Shown here piece by piece: positions 1 through 9,761 of a DNA stretch of 64,000 nt; the stretch's first letter is position 1; every line of letters starts with the position of its first letter. A program made the translations under genes and the position numbers. The notes under the pieces are model-generated. The model was not told where the DNA came from. It worked only from the letters and a program-made list of their open reading frames with translations, and ran no database searches. Origin of the DNA: an uncultured delta proteobacterium (GTDB taxonomy: Bacteria; Myxococcota; Myxococcia; Myxococcales; Myxococcaceae); assembly GCA_963731795.1 (NCBI GenBank), contig CAVSWU010000003.1, positions 838,216 to 902,215 of the forward strand, written 5' to 3'.

Positions 1-1586
1 CGCTGGCCAGCGCGTGGACGTCCTCCGGCCAGCCCTTCTCCCGAGCCAGCTTCCTGGCCGCCTCCGCCTCCAGCGTCAGCAGCGCCACCAGGTAGTTGCG
101 CCGCTCGCCGATGACGACGGCCTGGCTCACCGGGGAGACGCCCTTGAGCAGGAGCTCGATATTGGAGGGCGCCGTCTTCTTGCCGCCCGAAGTGACGATG
201 ATCTCCTTCTTGCGGCCGGTGATGTGCGCGAAGCCCTCGCCATCCAGGATGCCCACATCCCCGGTGTGGAGCCACCCGCCCTCCAGGAGCTCCGAGCTGG
301 CGGCGGCCTCCCGGTAGTAACCCATGCACGCGTTGCCGCCACGCGCGAGGATCTCCCCATCCTCCGCGATGCGGACCTCCACCCCCACCATGGGCCGCCC
401 CACGCTCCCGAGCTTCGTGGCCTCCAGGGTGTTGATCGTGGCCGGTCCCGTCAGCTCGGACATGCCCCACACCTCGCGGATGACGATGTCGATGGAGGCG
501 AAGAAGTCCAGCACGTCCCGCCCGATGGGCGCCGCCCCCACGGAGAAGTACTCCGTCTTGTCGAAGCCGATGCGCTCGTGCAGCGACGCGAACACCAGCC
601 GGCGGGCGAGCTGGTACTGCACCTCCAGCATCAGGGGCACCTTCTCGTGGCGCAGCGCGAGCGTGTGGTACTGCGTGGCCACGCCGCGCGCCCACGTCAG
701 CACCTTCTGGCGCAGCAGCGGCTGCGCGTGGAAGCCCTCCTCCGCCTTCGCCTTGAACTTCTCCCACACCCGGGGCACGCCGAAGAAGAAGGTGGGCCGC
801 ACCTCCTTCAGGTTCTGCGGCACCGAGTCGATCGAGTCCGCGAAGAAGACCTGCCCTCCGGCCATCAGCGGGCCGTGCAGCGAGATGATCTGCTCGGCGA
901 TGTGCGAGAGCGGCAGGTACGACAGCATCCGCTTCTCCTCGGCCCCCGAAGCTCACTGCCTGGAGGAGCTTCTCCGCCGTCCACACCAGGTTGTGGTGGC
1001 TGAGCATCACCCCCTTGGGGTTTCCCGTAGTCCCCGAGGTGTAGATGAGCGTGGCCAGAGCGTCCTTCTCGAGCGCATTGACGCGCTCCCAGTAGGGGCC
1101 CTCGTCCGCGCCGGTGCCCTTCTCGATCACATCGGTGTAGCGCAGCACCCCCTCCGGCAGCGTCCCGGGGGCGTCCATGACGATGATGTAGCGCAGCCGG
1201 GGCAGCCGCTCCCGGAGCGCGAGGACCCCCGAGAGGTACTTCGCGTTCTCCACCAGGAAGAACTCCGCCTCGGAGTGCTGGAGGATGTACTCGACCTGCT
1301 CTGGGCTGCTGGTGGTGTAGACGCCCACCGGCACGCCTTGGAGGGCCATGGCCGCCAGATCGGCCACCAGCCACTCCTCGCGGTTGAAGCTCTGGATGGC
1401 CAGCGTCCCCTTCGCCTTGAACCCGAGCGCGTGCAGGCCCAGCGCGAACCGGGTGACCCGCTGCGCGTACTCGCGCCAGGAGGTGGGGACATACGTCTTG
1501 CCTCGCCGTGTCCAGAGGGCCGGGCGGTGTTCGTACCGCGTGGCCTGCTCGTGGAGCACATGCACCATCGTCTTGGGCTGTTCCAT
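1..1586 (-). CDS. Long-chain fatty-acid--CoA ligase (AMP-binding, FadD-like). The 3' end runs off the window and the reading frame is interrupted near 943-947.
   Basis: Minus-strand translation from the ATG at 1586 gives MEQPKTMVHVLHEQATRYEHRPALW...LIYTSGTTGNPKGVMLSHHNLV, the AMP-binding signature. After ...AVSFG the frame is lost at a ggccccc run, and a -1 shift restores KRMLSYLPLSHIAEQIISLHGPLMAGGQVFFADS. Confidence 0.8.
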   Translation of the reverse strand, partial: MEQPKTMVHVLHEQATRYEHRPALWTRRGKTYVPTSWREYAQRVTRFALGLHALGFKAKGTLAIQSFNREEWLVADLAAMALQGVPVGVYTTSSPEQVEYILQHSEAEFFLVENAKYLSGVLALRERLPRLRYIIVMDAPGTLPEGVLRYTDVIEKGTGADEGPYWERVNALEKDALATLIYTSGTTGNPKGVMLSHHNLVWTAEKLLQAVSFGGRGEADAVVPAALAHRRADHLAARPADGRRAGLLRGLDRLGAAEPEGGAAHLLLRRAPGVGEVQGEGGGGLPRAAAAAPEGADVGARRGHAVPHARAAPREGAPDAGGAVPARPPAGVRVAARAHRLRQDGVLLRGGGAHRAGRAGLLRLHRHRHPRGVGHVRADGTGHDQHPGGHEARERGAAHGGGGGPHRGGWGDPRAWRQRVHGLLPGGRRQLGAPGGRVAPHRGCGHPGWRGLRAHHRPQEGDHRHFGRQEDGALQYRAPAQGRLPGEPGRRHRRAAQLPGGAADAGGGGGQEAGSGEGLAGGRPRAGQ

Positions 1587-1697
1587 GGGTGGAGAAGGCT
1601 ACAGAAACCCGGAGGCGGCAACCATGCCATCCCGACCACCTGGAGCGTCTCCGGCGTTGACAGGCGACTGGGGGGCTATGTATTCCGCGCAACGACC

Positions 1698-2063
1698 ATG
1701 AGCATCGACTTCACCTGTCAGAAGTGCGAGGCCAGCTTCGAGCTGGACGCGCAGGATCTCATCGAGGGGACCGAGAAGCTGGTGTGCCCCCACTGCGACG
1801 CGAAGGCCCCCGCCAACATCTCCGAGGACTTCGTCGCGGCGCTCACGGAGATGCGCGCGCAGATCACCGCGCTGAGCAAGAAGTTCTCCGTCAGCATGAC
1901 GCTCGAGTCCGAGGATCTGGAGGACGAGCTCTCGGACGAGGAGGAGGACGACGACGAGGAGGACGACGAGGAGTCCGAGGACGACGACGAGCTCGACTTC
2001 GATGAGGACGAGGACGTCGAGGACGATGAGGACTACGACGAGGATGAAGACGACGAGCGCTGA
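1698..2063 (+). CDS. Small zinc-ribbon protein (CxxC...CxxC) with an extreme poly-acidic C-terminal tail.
   Basis: MSIDFTCQKCEASFELDAQDLIEGTEKLVCPHCDAKAP... followed by ~50 residues that are almost all D/E. The ATG at 1698 sits inside a longer spurious ORF. Confidence 0.6.
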   Translation: MSIDFTCQKCEASFELDAQDLIEGTEKLVCPHCDAKAPANISEDFVAALTEMRAQITALSKKFSVSMTLESEDLEDELSDEEEDDDEEDDEESEDDDELDFDEDEDVEDDEDYDEDEDDER

Positions 2064-2131
2064 GCGCGTCGCTCGCCTGCCTGCTCTACGTCCCTTGGGA
2101 TGGGACGCATGGCCGTAGAGCGGCCGGGCAT

Positions 2132-2878
2132 GTGTTCCGCCCTCGCCGCCCGGGGCCCGGTGCGTACGTTTGGAGAGTGAAAACACCCACTCGCGCCAGC
2201 CTCTTTCTCGCTCCCATCTCCGCTGTGGTGCTGGCGCTGGTGGGGTTGCTGTTGCTCCCTTCATTCTCCGCCCGGTCGGCCTATGCGGCCGCTCCGCTGA
2301 AGGGCGGACCTGAGCCCTGCGTCACGGAAGACGGCGGCGATCCCGCCGCGTGCAAGGAGCTCGTCGAGCTCGTGGTCCGCGATGTGGTGCCTCTGGAAGA
2401 AGCCCAGACGCACGTCGTGGTGCTGACCACGCAGGATGGCCAGATCATCCTGCCCGTCTTCGTGGACGAGGCGGCGGCCGTGGCCATCGCCTTCCGCCTG
2501 GCTCATATGGAGCCGCCCCAGCCCCTCGCCCAGGATCTGCTGGATGACGTGGTGAACAAGCTGGGCGCTCACGTCACCGAGGTGCGCATCGACGACCTGC
2601 ACGGCGACATCTACACCGGCCGCGTGTTCCTCCAGCAGGGCAAGAAGCACCTGGAGCTGGATGCACGCCCCGCGGACTCGATCGCCATGGCGCTGGACGG
2701 CAAGGCCCGCATCCGCGTCACGCGCAAGGTGCTCACGCAGGCCGGCATCAACCGCGATGACATCAAGTCGCTGCAGCAAGACCAGGGCCAGGGCGTTGGC
2801 GGCAGCGGCACGCCCGAGCCGGAGCCCGAGCAGGCCCCCGTGGTGCCGAAGACCGGGCACAAGGAGATCAGCCTCTAG
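2132..2878 (+). CDS. Bifunctional nuclease family (DUF151/BFN-domain) protein with an N-terminal signal/TM segment.
   Basis: N-terminal hydrophobic stretch AVVLALVGLLLLPSFSA. The BFN-like core reads VVLTTQDGQIILPVFVDEAAAVAIAFRL...HVTEVRIDDLHGDIYTGRVFLQQGKKHLELDARPADSIAMAL. Confidence 0.6.
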   Translation: MFRPRRPGPGAYVWRVKTPTRASLFLAPISAVVLALVGLLLLPSFSARSAYAAAPLKGGPEPCVTEDGGDPAACKELVELVVRDVVPLEEAQTHVVVLTTQDGQIILPVFVDEAAAVAIAFRLAHMEPPQPLAQDLLDDVVNKLGAHVTEVRIDDLHGDIYTGRVFLQQGKKHLELDARPADSIAMALDGKARIRVTRKVLTQAGINRDDIKSLQQDQGQGVGGSGTPEPEPEQAPVVPKTGHKEISL

Positions 2879-2906
2879 CGCGCCACCGTCCAGCCCTCCG
2901 GTACAG

Positions 2907-2944
2907 GAAAGCCCGGCCCCCCCTCCCAGGGAAGCCGGGCTTTC
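2907..2944 (+). terminator. Candidate intrinsic terminator downstream of the BFN gene: an 11-bp perfect stem, GAAAGCCCGGC...GCCGGGCTTTC.
   Basis: A perfect inverted repeat lies 29 nt after the stop codon. There is no strong U-tract, which is common in high-GC genomes. Confidence 0.35.
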
Positions 2945-3071
2945 ACATTCCTCGAACGGACGGAGTGTAGAACGCGGGGCCTGGAGACCCGTGCCGACCG
3001 CGCGACTGGCACCTTCGCCTCCGCGATCGTGGCTGTCAAGAGACCCACCGGCCGCCTAGGATGCGGTGCTC

Positions 3072-4475
3072 ATGCGCAAGGCGAAAATCATCTGCACGCT
3101 GGGACCGGCCTCGGATACGGCGGAGGTGCTCGAGGGACTCATCCGCGCGGGGATGAACGTGGCGCGGCTCAACTTCTCGCACGGGACGCAAGAAGATCAC
3201 CAGCGGCGGGTGAACACGATTCGCAAGTTGTCCCGCAAGCTCGGAATTCCCGTCGCCATCCTCCAGGACGTGCAGGGGCCCAAGATCCGGCTCGGCAATT
3301 TCGAGGGTGGCCAGCTGCTCGTGAAGCAAGGGCAGACGGTGACGGTGACGACCCGCGCCGTCCTGGGCCATGGGACGATCATCCCAACGCCGGTGCGCTC
3401 GCTGCCGAAGGACGTGAAGCGCGGAGACCCCATCCTGCTGGACGACGGGCGCGTGCGCCTGCGCGTGCTGCGGGTGTCGGGCCGGGACGTCACCGCGAAG
3501 GTGGAGGTGGGCGGGCTGCTGAAGGACCACAAGGGGCTCAACCTGCCCGGCGCGGCGATCTCGGTGCCCACCATCACGGAGAAGGATGCGGAGGATCTGG
3601 CGTTCGGCCAGGAGCTCGGCGTGGACTACGTGGCGCTCTCGTTCGTGCGCTCGGCGGAGGACATCCAGCAGGCGCGCGCGCACGTGGCGAAGCTGAAGAC
3701 ACCCCTCATCGCGAAGATCGAGAAGCCCCAGGCGGTGGCGAACCTGGAGGCCATCGCCGCGGTGGCGGACGGGGTGATGATCGCCCGCGGAGATCTGGGC
3801 GTGGAGATGCCGCTGGAGCAGCTGCCGGGCATCCAGAAGCGCGCGGTGGCCGAGGTCAACCGCAAGGGCGGCCTGGTCATCGTGGCCACGGAGATGCTGG
3901 AGAGCATGGTGGCCAACTCCCGCCCCACGCGCGCCGAGGTCTCCGACGTGGCGAACGCCATCCTGGACGGCGCGGACGCGGTGATGCTCTCGGGCGAGAC
4001 GGCGGCGGGCAAGTACCCCATCGAGGCGGCGGCCACCATGGCGCGAATCGTCGAGGAGGCGGAGCGTGGAGCGGATGGCACCCTGCACCCCTCCCTGCGG
4101 TTCGACAAGCAGGAGGATCTCTCCACGGGAGTGGCGGCGGCGGCGGTGGCGGCGGCCGAGCAGCTCGGCATCGGCACGATCGTCACCTACACCGAGCGAG
4201 GGCACACCGCGCGCATGATCTCCGAGTTCCGGCCCCAGGCGCAGATCATCGGCCTGACGCCCAACCCGGAGACGGTGAACCGGATGGCGCTCTACTGGGG
4301 TGTGAAGGGGCTGCAGGTGGGCCGGCTGCACAGCACGGACGCGATGCTCAAGCAGGTGCGCCGGCTGTGCCGCGAGCAGAAGCTGTGCAAGGTGGGCCAC
4401 CCCGTGATCATCGTCGCGGGCGTGCCGCTCAACGAGCCCGGGCGGACGAACATGATGTCCATCCACCGCATCTGA
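3072..4475 (+). CDS. pyk: Pyruvate kinase.
   Basis: MRKAKIICTLGPASDTAEVLEGLIRAGMNVARLNFSHG...GPKIRLG...MIARGDLGVEMP...MLSGETAAGKYP. These are the hallmark PK motifs. Confidence 0.9.
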   Translation: MRKAKIICTLGPASDTAEVLEGLIRAGMNVARLNFSHGTQEDHQRRVNTIRKLSRKLGIPVAILQDVQGPKIRLGNFEGGQLLVKQGQTVTVTTRAVLGHGTIIPTPVRSLPKDVKRGDPILLDDGRVRLRVLRVSGRDVTAKVEVGGLLKDHKGLNLPGAAISVPTITEKDAEDLAFGQELGVDYVALSFVRSAEDIQQARAHVAKLKTPLIAKIEKPQAVANLEAIAAVADGVMIARGDLGVEMPLEQLPGIQKRAVAEVNRKGGLVIVATEMLESMVANSRPTRAEVSDVANAILDGADAVMLSGETAAGKYPIEAAATMARIVEEAERGADGTLHPSLRFDKQEDLSTGVAAAAVAAAEQLGIGTIVTYTERGHTARMISEFRPQAQIIGLTPNPETVNRMALYWGVKGLQVGRLHSTDAMLKQVRRLCREQKLCKVGHPVIIVAGVPLNEPGRTNMMSIHRI

Positions 4476-4478
4476 GGC

Positions 4479-5147
4479 TCACAGCTTCTTGTTCTGGAAG
4501 TCGTAGAGCTTCTCGACGGCGATCTGCCGGTAGCGCTCGACCTTGAGCGCCCGCATGGCGCAGTCCCAGACCAGCTCCTTGGCGGGCCGGTCCGGCTCCT
4601 TCTTCTTGCGCCGCTTCACCTCGGCCTTGATGGGCTTCACCGCCACGCGCGGGTGGTAGCAGAAGGCCGCCGAGAACAGCAGGTGGCCCCCAAACGGGAT
4701 CAGCCGCGCTTCGATCACGTCCCCCGTCTCCAGGCCGGCGATGTGCCGCCGCTCGGTGACGTCGAAGTCCTTGCCCGAGAACAGCTCCCGCAGGCGGATG
4801 ACGCCCTTGCCCAGCTTGCGGACCTCGAACAGCCCGTGGACCGTCTCGGTGAAGCTCCGGAAGGCGTTGGCCTCCTCGGGCGGCGCGGACTGCAGCCGCT
4901 GCTCGTGCAGCTCCGTGGCCGGCGTCTTCCCCGTGAGCGGCGAGACGCGATCGTAGAGGTAGTAGTCCAGGAACGAGGCCATCCGGAGCTCGAAGATCTT
5001 GTCGTCCTCGAACACCTCTCCCGTGAGGCGGAAGTACTCCGCCTTCGCCTCGAGCAGGTCCGCCTTGCGCGACTCCTGGCTGCCGAAGGCGATGAGCTGG
5101 TCCAGATACGGCTGATACGACAGCGGTGAGGCGGATGGAGCGTCCAT
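4479..5147 (-). CDS. Hypothetical protein, convergent with pyk.
   Basis: A 222-aa ORF with coherent, compositionally normal sequence and a lysine-rich C-terminus (KAEVKRRKKKEPDRPAKE). I recognised no family. Confidence 0.45.
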   Translation of the reverse strand: MDAPSASPLSYQPYLDQLIAFGSQESRKADLLEAKAEYFRLTGEVFEDDKIFELRMASFLDYYLYDRVSPLTGKTPATELHEQRLQSAPPEEANAFRSFTETVHGLFEVRKLGKGVIRLRELFSGKDFDVTERRHIAGLETGDVIEARLIPFGGHLLFSAAFCYHPRVAVKPIKAEVKRRKKKEPDRPAKELVWDCAMRALKVERYRQIAVEKLYDFQNKKL

Positions 5148-5161
5148 GGGGCGCGAGGATC

Positions 5162-6277
5162 CTACTCTCCCATCAGCCGGGCGAAACGCCTGAACAGATA
5201 GCGCGCATCGTGCGGCCCGGGGGAGGACTCGGGGTGGTACTGGACGCTGAAGGCCCGAGCGTCGGGGATGGAGAGCCCCTCCACCGTGCCATCATTGAGG
5301 TTGATGTGGGTGACCACCGCCCTGCCCTTCAGGCTGGCATCGTCCACGGCGAAGCCATGGTTCTGCGCGGTGATCTCTACCTTCCCGGTTGTCAGATCCT
5401 TCACGGGCTGGTTGGCGCCGCGGTGGCCGAACTTCATCTTGTACGTACGCCCGCCCAGCGCGAGCGCGAGGATCTGGTGCCCCAGGCAGATGCCGAACAC
5501 CGGCACCTTGCCCAGCAGCGCGGCCACCGTCTTGTCCGCGCCCTTCACCGCGGCGGGATCGCCGGGGCCGTTGGCCAGGAAGACGCCGTGCGGCTTGCGT
5601 GCGAGCACCTCCTCGGCGGGAGTGTGCGCGGGCACCACCGTCACGCGGATGCCCTCGTCCACCAGGAACTGCAGCATGGAGCGCTTCAGGCCGTAGTCGT
5701 AGGCCACCACGTCCCAGCGCAGCGCTGGCGCCTTGCGCTCGGGGCCGCCGAACACGTCCGGAGAGGGCGTGGTGAAGGTGTACAGCTGCTTCGTGGAGAC
5801 GCCCGTGGCCAGGTCCATGCCCTCCATGCCGGGCGCGTTCTTGGCGCGCTCGACGAGGGCCGCGTTCGAGTGTTTCTCGCTGGAGATGACGCCCATCTGC
5901 GCGCCGTGCGTGCGCAGGTGGCGCACCAGCCGCCGGGTATCGAGCCCTTGGATGCCCGCCACCCCATGGCGCTTCAGGTACGTGTCCAGCGTCTCCGTGG
6001 AGCGCCAGTTGGAGGGCTGCTCGGTCAACGAGCGCACCACCATGCCCACCGCGTGCGGGTGCACGGACTCCTCGTCGCCCGGGTTCGCCCCCACGTTCCC
6101 CATCTCGGGGTACGCCATGGTGACAATCTGCCCGACGTAGGAGGGATCCGTGAGGATCTCCTGGTAACCGAACATCGAGGTGTTGAAGACCACCTCACCG
6201 ACCATCTCGCCCGTGGCGCCAAACGAGCGCCCTTCGAAGATGGTGCCATCCGCCAGCGCGAGCACCGCCCGCTTCAT
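5162..6277 (-). CDS. carA: Carbamoyl-phosphate synthase small (glutamine amidotransferase) subunit.
   Basis: [47 protein letters not shown]...[19 protein letters not shown] (GATase triad Cys). The start ATG at 6277 abuts the pyrC stop. Confidence 0.85.
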   Translation of the reverse strand: MKRAVLALADGTIFEGRSFGATGEMVGEVVFNTSMFGYQEILTDPSYVGQIVTMAYPEMGNVGANPGDEESVHPHAVGMVVRSLTEQPSNWRSTETLDTYLKRHGVAGIQGLDTRRLVRHLRTHGAQMGVISSEKHSNAALVERAKNAPGMEGMDLATGVSTKQLYTFTTPSPDVFGGPERKAPALRWDVVAYDYGLKRSMLQFLVDEGIRVTVVPAHTPAEEVLARKPHGVFLANGPGDPAAVKGADKTVAALLGKVPVFGICLGHQILALALGGRTYKMKFGHRGANQPVKDLTTGKVEITAQNHGFAVDDASLKGRAVVTHINLNDGTVEGLSIPDARAFSVQYHPESSPGPHDARYLFRRFARLMGE

Positions 6278-7578
6278 CACCGGGACTCCTTGATCTGACC
6301 GTCCGAAAACACGAGCCGGCCGCCGACCCACGTCTGTGCGACGCGGCCCTTGAGCAATCGGCCATTGAAGGGGGTATTCCGACTCTTGGAGAAGAACCGC
6401 TCCGCGTCCACCGCCCACTCCACCCCCGGGTCGACGAGCGTGATGTCCGCCGCAGCCCCAGCCGCCAGGTGACCGCCCGGCAAGCCGAATGCCCTCGCGG
6501 GCCCGTCCGTGAGCAACTCCACCGCCTTGAGCGGGCTCAGCACGCCCTCGTGCACCAGGGCCAGCGACAGGCCGAGCGCCGTCTCCAGCCCCACCACGCC
6601 GTTGATGCCCTTCTCGAACTCCACCTGCTTGTCGAGCACGCCGTGCGGAGCGTGGTCCGTCGCGATGGCGTCAATCGTGCCATCGGCCAGGGCCTCGCGG
6701 AGCGCCTCCACGTCGCGGCGCAGGCGCAGCGGCGGGTTCATCTTGGCGTGGGTGTCGTACTGGCCCACGGCCGTGTCATCGAGCGAGAAGTGATGCGGGG
6801 TGGCCTCGGCGGTGACGTGCAGGCCGCGCTTCTTCGCCTCGCGCACCAGGCGCACGCTGCCCTCGCAGGAGATGTGGGCGATGTGCAGGCGCCCGCCCGT
6901 CTCCTCCAGCAGCACCAGATCCCGAGCCACCATGGCCACCTCGGCCGAGGGCGGGATGGGCAGCAGCCCGAGCCGCGTGGCGGTAGGCCCCTCCGTCATC
7001 GCGCCCTTGCCGGACAGCGTGAGGTCCTCCTCGTGGACCATGACGGGGATGCCGAAGAGCGTGGCGTACTGGAGCGCGCGCCGCATCAGGGCGGCGTTCA
7101 TCACGGGGCGGCCGTCGTCGGTGATGCAGACGCAGCCGGCGGAGATCAGCTCGCCCATCTCGGCCAGCTCCTCGCCCTTGAGGCCCTTGGTGATGGCCCC
7201 CGCGGGGTAGACGTGGCAGAGCCCCGCGGCCCGGGCGCGCGACAGCACCAGCTCCGTCACGAGCGCGCTGTCGTTGACCACCTTGGTGTTGGGCATGGCC
7301 ACCACCGCGGTGAAGCCCCCCGCCACCGCCGAGCGGCACCCGGTGAGGATGGTCTCCTTCCCCTCCTCGCCCGGCTCGCGCAGGTGCACGTGCAGATCGA
7401 TGAAGCCCGGCAGCACCCAGCGCCCCTGGGCCTCCACCACCTCGGCCCCGGAGACCTGGAGCGGCGCTTCGGACACCTGCGCCACCTTGCCGTCTCGCAC
7501 GAGCACGTCACGCACACCGTCAACACCGCTGCGCGGATCGATCACCCGACCGCGGCGGAAGAGCACCGGGCCGCTCAC
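6277..7578 (-). CDS. pyrC: Dihydroorotase.
   Basis: [15 protein letters not shown]...[20 protein letters not shown]...DHAPH... The GTG start overlaps the pyrB stop by 4 nt (GTGA). Confidence 0.85.
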   Translation of the reverse strand: MSGPVLFRRGRVIDPRSGVDGVRDVLVRDGKVAQVSEAPLQVSGAEVVEAQGRWVLPGFIDLHVHLREPGEEGKETILTGCRSAVAGGFTAVVAMPNTKVVNDSALVTELVLSRARAAGLCHVYPAGAITKGLKGEELAEMGELISAGCVCITDDGRPVMNAALMRRALQYATLFGIPVMVHEEDLTLSGKGAMTEGPTATRLGLLPIPPSAEVAMVARDLVLLEETGGRLHIAHISCEGSVRLVREAKKRGLHVTAEATPHHFSLDDTAVGQYDTHAKMNPPLRLRRDVEALREALADGTIDAIATDHAPHGVLDKQVEFEKGINGVVGLETALGLSLALVHEGVLSPLKAVELLTDGPARAFGLPGGHLAAGAAADITLVDPGVEWAVDAERFFSKSRNTPFNGRLLKGRVAQTWVGGRLVFSDGQIKESR

Positions 7579-8465
7579 GAGCACACCTCCAGGATGGCCC
7601 GGCGCACGGCGACCCCATTGGCCACCTGCTCCAGGATGACGCTGCGAGCCCCGTCCGCCACGGCGGGGGCCAGCTCCACGCCCCGGTTGATGGGACCGGG
7701 GTGCATGACCAGCGCCCCGGGCTTCATCCGCTCGGCCCGCGCCTGGGTGAGCCCGAAGAGCCGGGAGAACTCGCGCGTGGAGGGGAAGAAGGACTCCGTC
7801 TGCCGCTCGAGCTGGAGCCGCAGGCACATCACCGCGTCCGCCTGGGGCAGCACCGCATCCAGCCTCGTCGTCACCTCGGCGCCCATCTCCTTCAGCCCCG
7901 CGGGCAGCAGCGTGGGCGGGCCGCACACCACCACCCGAGCCCCGAGCGCCGTCAGGCACAGGATGTTCGAGCGCGCCACGCGGCTGTGGAGGATGTCTCC
8001 GATGATGAGCACCGTGCGGCCATCCAGCGGCCCCCAGTGCCGCCGCAGCGTGAAGGCGTCCAGCAGCGCCTGCGAGGGGTGCTCGTGGGTGCCATCCCCG
8101 GCGTTGATGACGGCGCAGCGCACGTGCCGGGCCACCAGGTGCGGAGCGCCCGAGGAGCGGTGCCGGATGATGAGCGCCACCGGGCCCGTGGCCTCGATGT
8201 TGCGCACCGTGTCCAGCAGCGTCTCTCCCTTGGACACCGAGGAGCCCTGAGCCGTCCAGTTGAGCACCTGGGCGCCCAGCGACTTGGCGGCGATCTCGAA
8301 GGAGGTGCGGGTGCGGGTGGAGTCCTCGAAGAAGAGGTTGGCCACCACCTTGCCTTGAAGCACCGAGGTGCTCGCCGAGCCTCCTGGCAGATGAGCCTCG
8401 GCCCGATCGAGCAGCGTCTCGATCTCCTCTCGCCGCCAGCCATCAATTCCGAGCAGGTGTCTCAT
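7575..8465 (-). CDS. pyrB: Aspartate carbamoyltransferase catalytic subunit.
   Basis: MRHLLGIDGWRREEIETLLD...FFEDSTRTRTSFE...HPSQALLD...VMHPGP. These are ATCase motifs (STRTR, HPxQ, HPGP). Confidence 0.88.
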   Translation of the reverse strand: MRHLLGIDGWRREEIETLLDRAEAHLPGGSASTSVLQGKVVANLFFEDSTRTRTSFEIAAKSLGAQVLNWTAQGSSVSKGETLLDTVRNIEATGPVALIIRHRSSGAPHLVARHVRCAVINAGDGTHEHPSQALLDAFTLRRHWGPLDGRTVLIIGDILHSRVARSNILCLTALGARVVVCGPPTLLPAGLKEMGAEVTTRLDAVLPQADAVMCLRLQLERQTESFFPSTREFSRLFGLTQARAERMKPGALVMHPGPINRGVELAPAVADGARSVILEQVANGVAVRRAILEVCS

Positions 8466-8522
8466 AAAGCCGGGCCGCGCCCTAGCAGCGCCACCGCGGA
8501 GCGTCAAGCATCCGCGGACTCC

Positions 8523-9761
8523 TCACCGAACGGGCTCGAAGAAGCGGTCCAGCCGAAGGCCGGTTCCGCCGAAGAAGCTGCTCCCCAGGCCGCCGTACCC
8601 CAGCGACAACCACACGACCATGGCCTTGCCCTTGATGTTGCCGAAGGGAACATAGGCCGGAGCGTGGCCCGGGCCGATGAAGCCCACCCGGCTGTCCGAG
8701 CTGTTGTCCCGGTTGTCACCCATCACGAACACGTGGCCCTCGGGGACGATGAAGGGCCCCTCGGTGCGAGGCGTCACCGGGTGCGGATCCTGGAGCACCG
8801 CGTGGTTCACGCCATCCAGGTTCTCCTGGTAGCGGATCACGTCGTCGTCGTACCAATCCCCCTGCTGCGACAGGTTGTGCACGACATAGTCCCTGGAGAC
8901 GACCGTGCGGTTCTGCGGCTTGCCGTTGACGTAGACGACCTCGTTGATGAGCTCGACGCGATCACCGGGGATGCCGACGATGCGCTTGATGAAGTCCTTG
9001 TCCGTCTCCACGGGGTTGTTGAAGACGATCACGTCCCCGCGCGCCGGCGGCCGGACGATCTGGAACGGCACCTTGTTCATGAACGGGATGCGCACCCCGT
9101 AGATGAACTTGTTGACGAAGACCTGGTCGCCGATCTCCAGCGTCGGGAGCATGGAGCCGGAGGGAATGCGGTACGGCTCGATGAAGACGGTTCGGATGAG
9201 CAGCGCGATGAGCAGCGCCTTCACGAAGCCAGAGACCGTGTCCCAGCCGGACTGCTTGCGGTAAGCGCCCAGCAGCTCCTCGTGGAGCTTGTCGAGCGCC
9301 CTGACCTCCTTCTCCAGCTGGGGGATGTCCGCGGCCAGGGAGGCGTCCTCCACGCGCACGGCCTGCTCGGCGATGCGCTCGGCGGCGTTGGCCGGCAGCT
9401 TGCCGGGGACGCGCTTGAAGATGCGCTCGGCCTCGTGGAACAGCTCGCGCGCCTCGTGGCGGAGCTTGCGCAGGGCCGCCTCACGCTTGGAGACGATGCG
9501 CCACCCGAGCAGCGCCACCCAGGAGAAGAACATCGCCGCCCCGAAGAACTGCATGAGCGGCATGGCCCAGGTGGCGGACGACGGGATGTTCTCGATGAGG
9601 AAGAGGTACGGGATGAAGGTGAGCCCAACCGCCGTCAGCGGCGCCCACAGGCTGGTGATCAGCTGGCGCCACATCAGCCTCCGCCGGGCCTTGAGCTGCT
9701 CCGGGGTCCGGCGGGCGGTCAGGGCCTCGCCCAGCTTTATCGGCGTCGTCACGGCGGTCAT
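8523..9761 (-). CDS. lepB: Signal peptidase I with a long N-terminal membrane/coiled-coil extension.
   Basis: IPSGSMLPTLEIGDQVFVNKF...GDVIVFNNP...KRIVGIPGDRVE...VFVMGDNRDNSSDSR (S26 boxes B-E). Its start codon is adjacent to the lepA stop. Confidence 0.85.
   Translation of the reverse strand: MTAVTTPIKLGEALTARRTPEQLKARRRLMWRQLITSLWAPLTAVGLTFIPYLFLIENIPSSATWAMPLMQFFGAAMFFSWVALLGWRIVSKREAALRKLRHEARELFHEAERIFKRVPGKLPANAAERIAEQAVRVEDASLAADIPQLEKEVRALDKLHEELLGAYRKQSGWDTVSGFVKALLIALLIRTVFIEPYRIPSGSMLPTLEIGDQVFVNKFIYGVRIPFMNKVPFQIVRPPARGDVIVFNNPVETDKDFIKRIVGIPGDRVELINEVVYVNGKPQNRTVVSRDYVVHNLSQQGDWYDDDVIRYQENLDGVNHAVLQDPHPVTPRTEGPFIVPEGHVFVMGDNRDNSSDSRVGFIGPGHAPAYVPFGNIKGKAMVVWLSLGYGGLGSSFFGGTGLRLDRFFEPVR

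Noticed and set aside
14-2063. Plus-strand ORFs 14..1003 and the N-terminal 1,370 nt of 324..2063.
   Set aside because: They are antisense to the fadD-like gene. Only the last 366 nt (1698..2063) encodes a plausible protein.
2064-2131. An inverted repeat CTCTACG...CGTAGAG after the zinc-ribbon gene, as a possible terminator.
   Set aside because: The loop is 23 nt with only a 7-bp stem and no U-tract, too weak to call.
6277-6277. The coincidence of the carA start and pyrC stop coordinates, and the 4-nt pyrB/pyrC overlap, considered as a programmed frameshift or fusion.
   Set aside because: Ordinary translational coupling (ATGA/GTGA overlaps). Each protein is full-length by itself.
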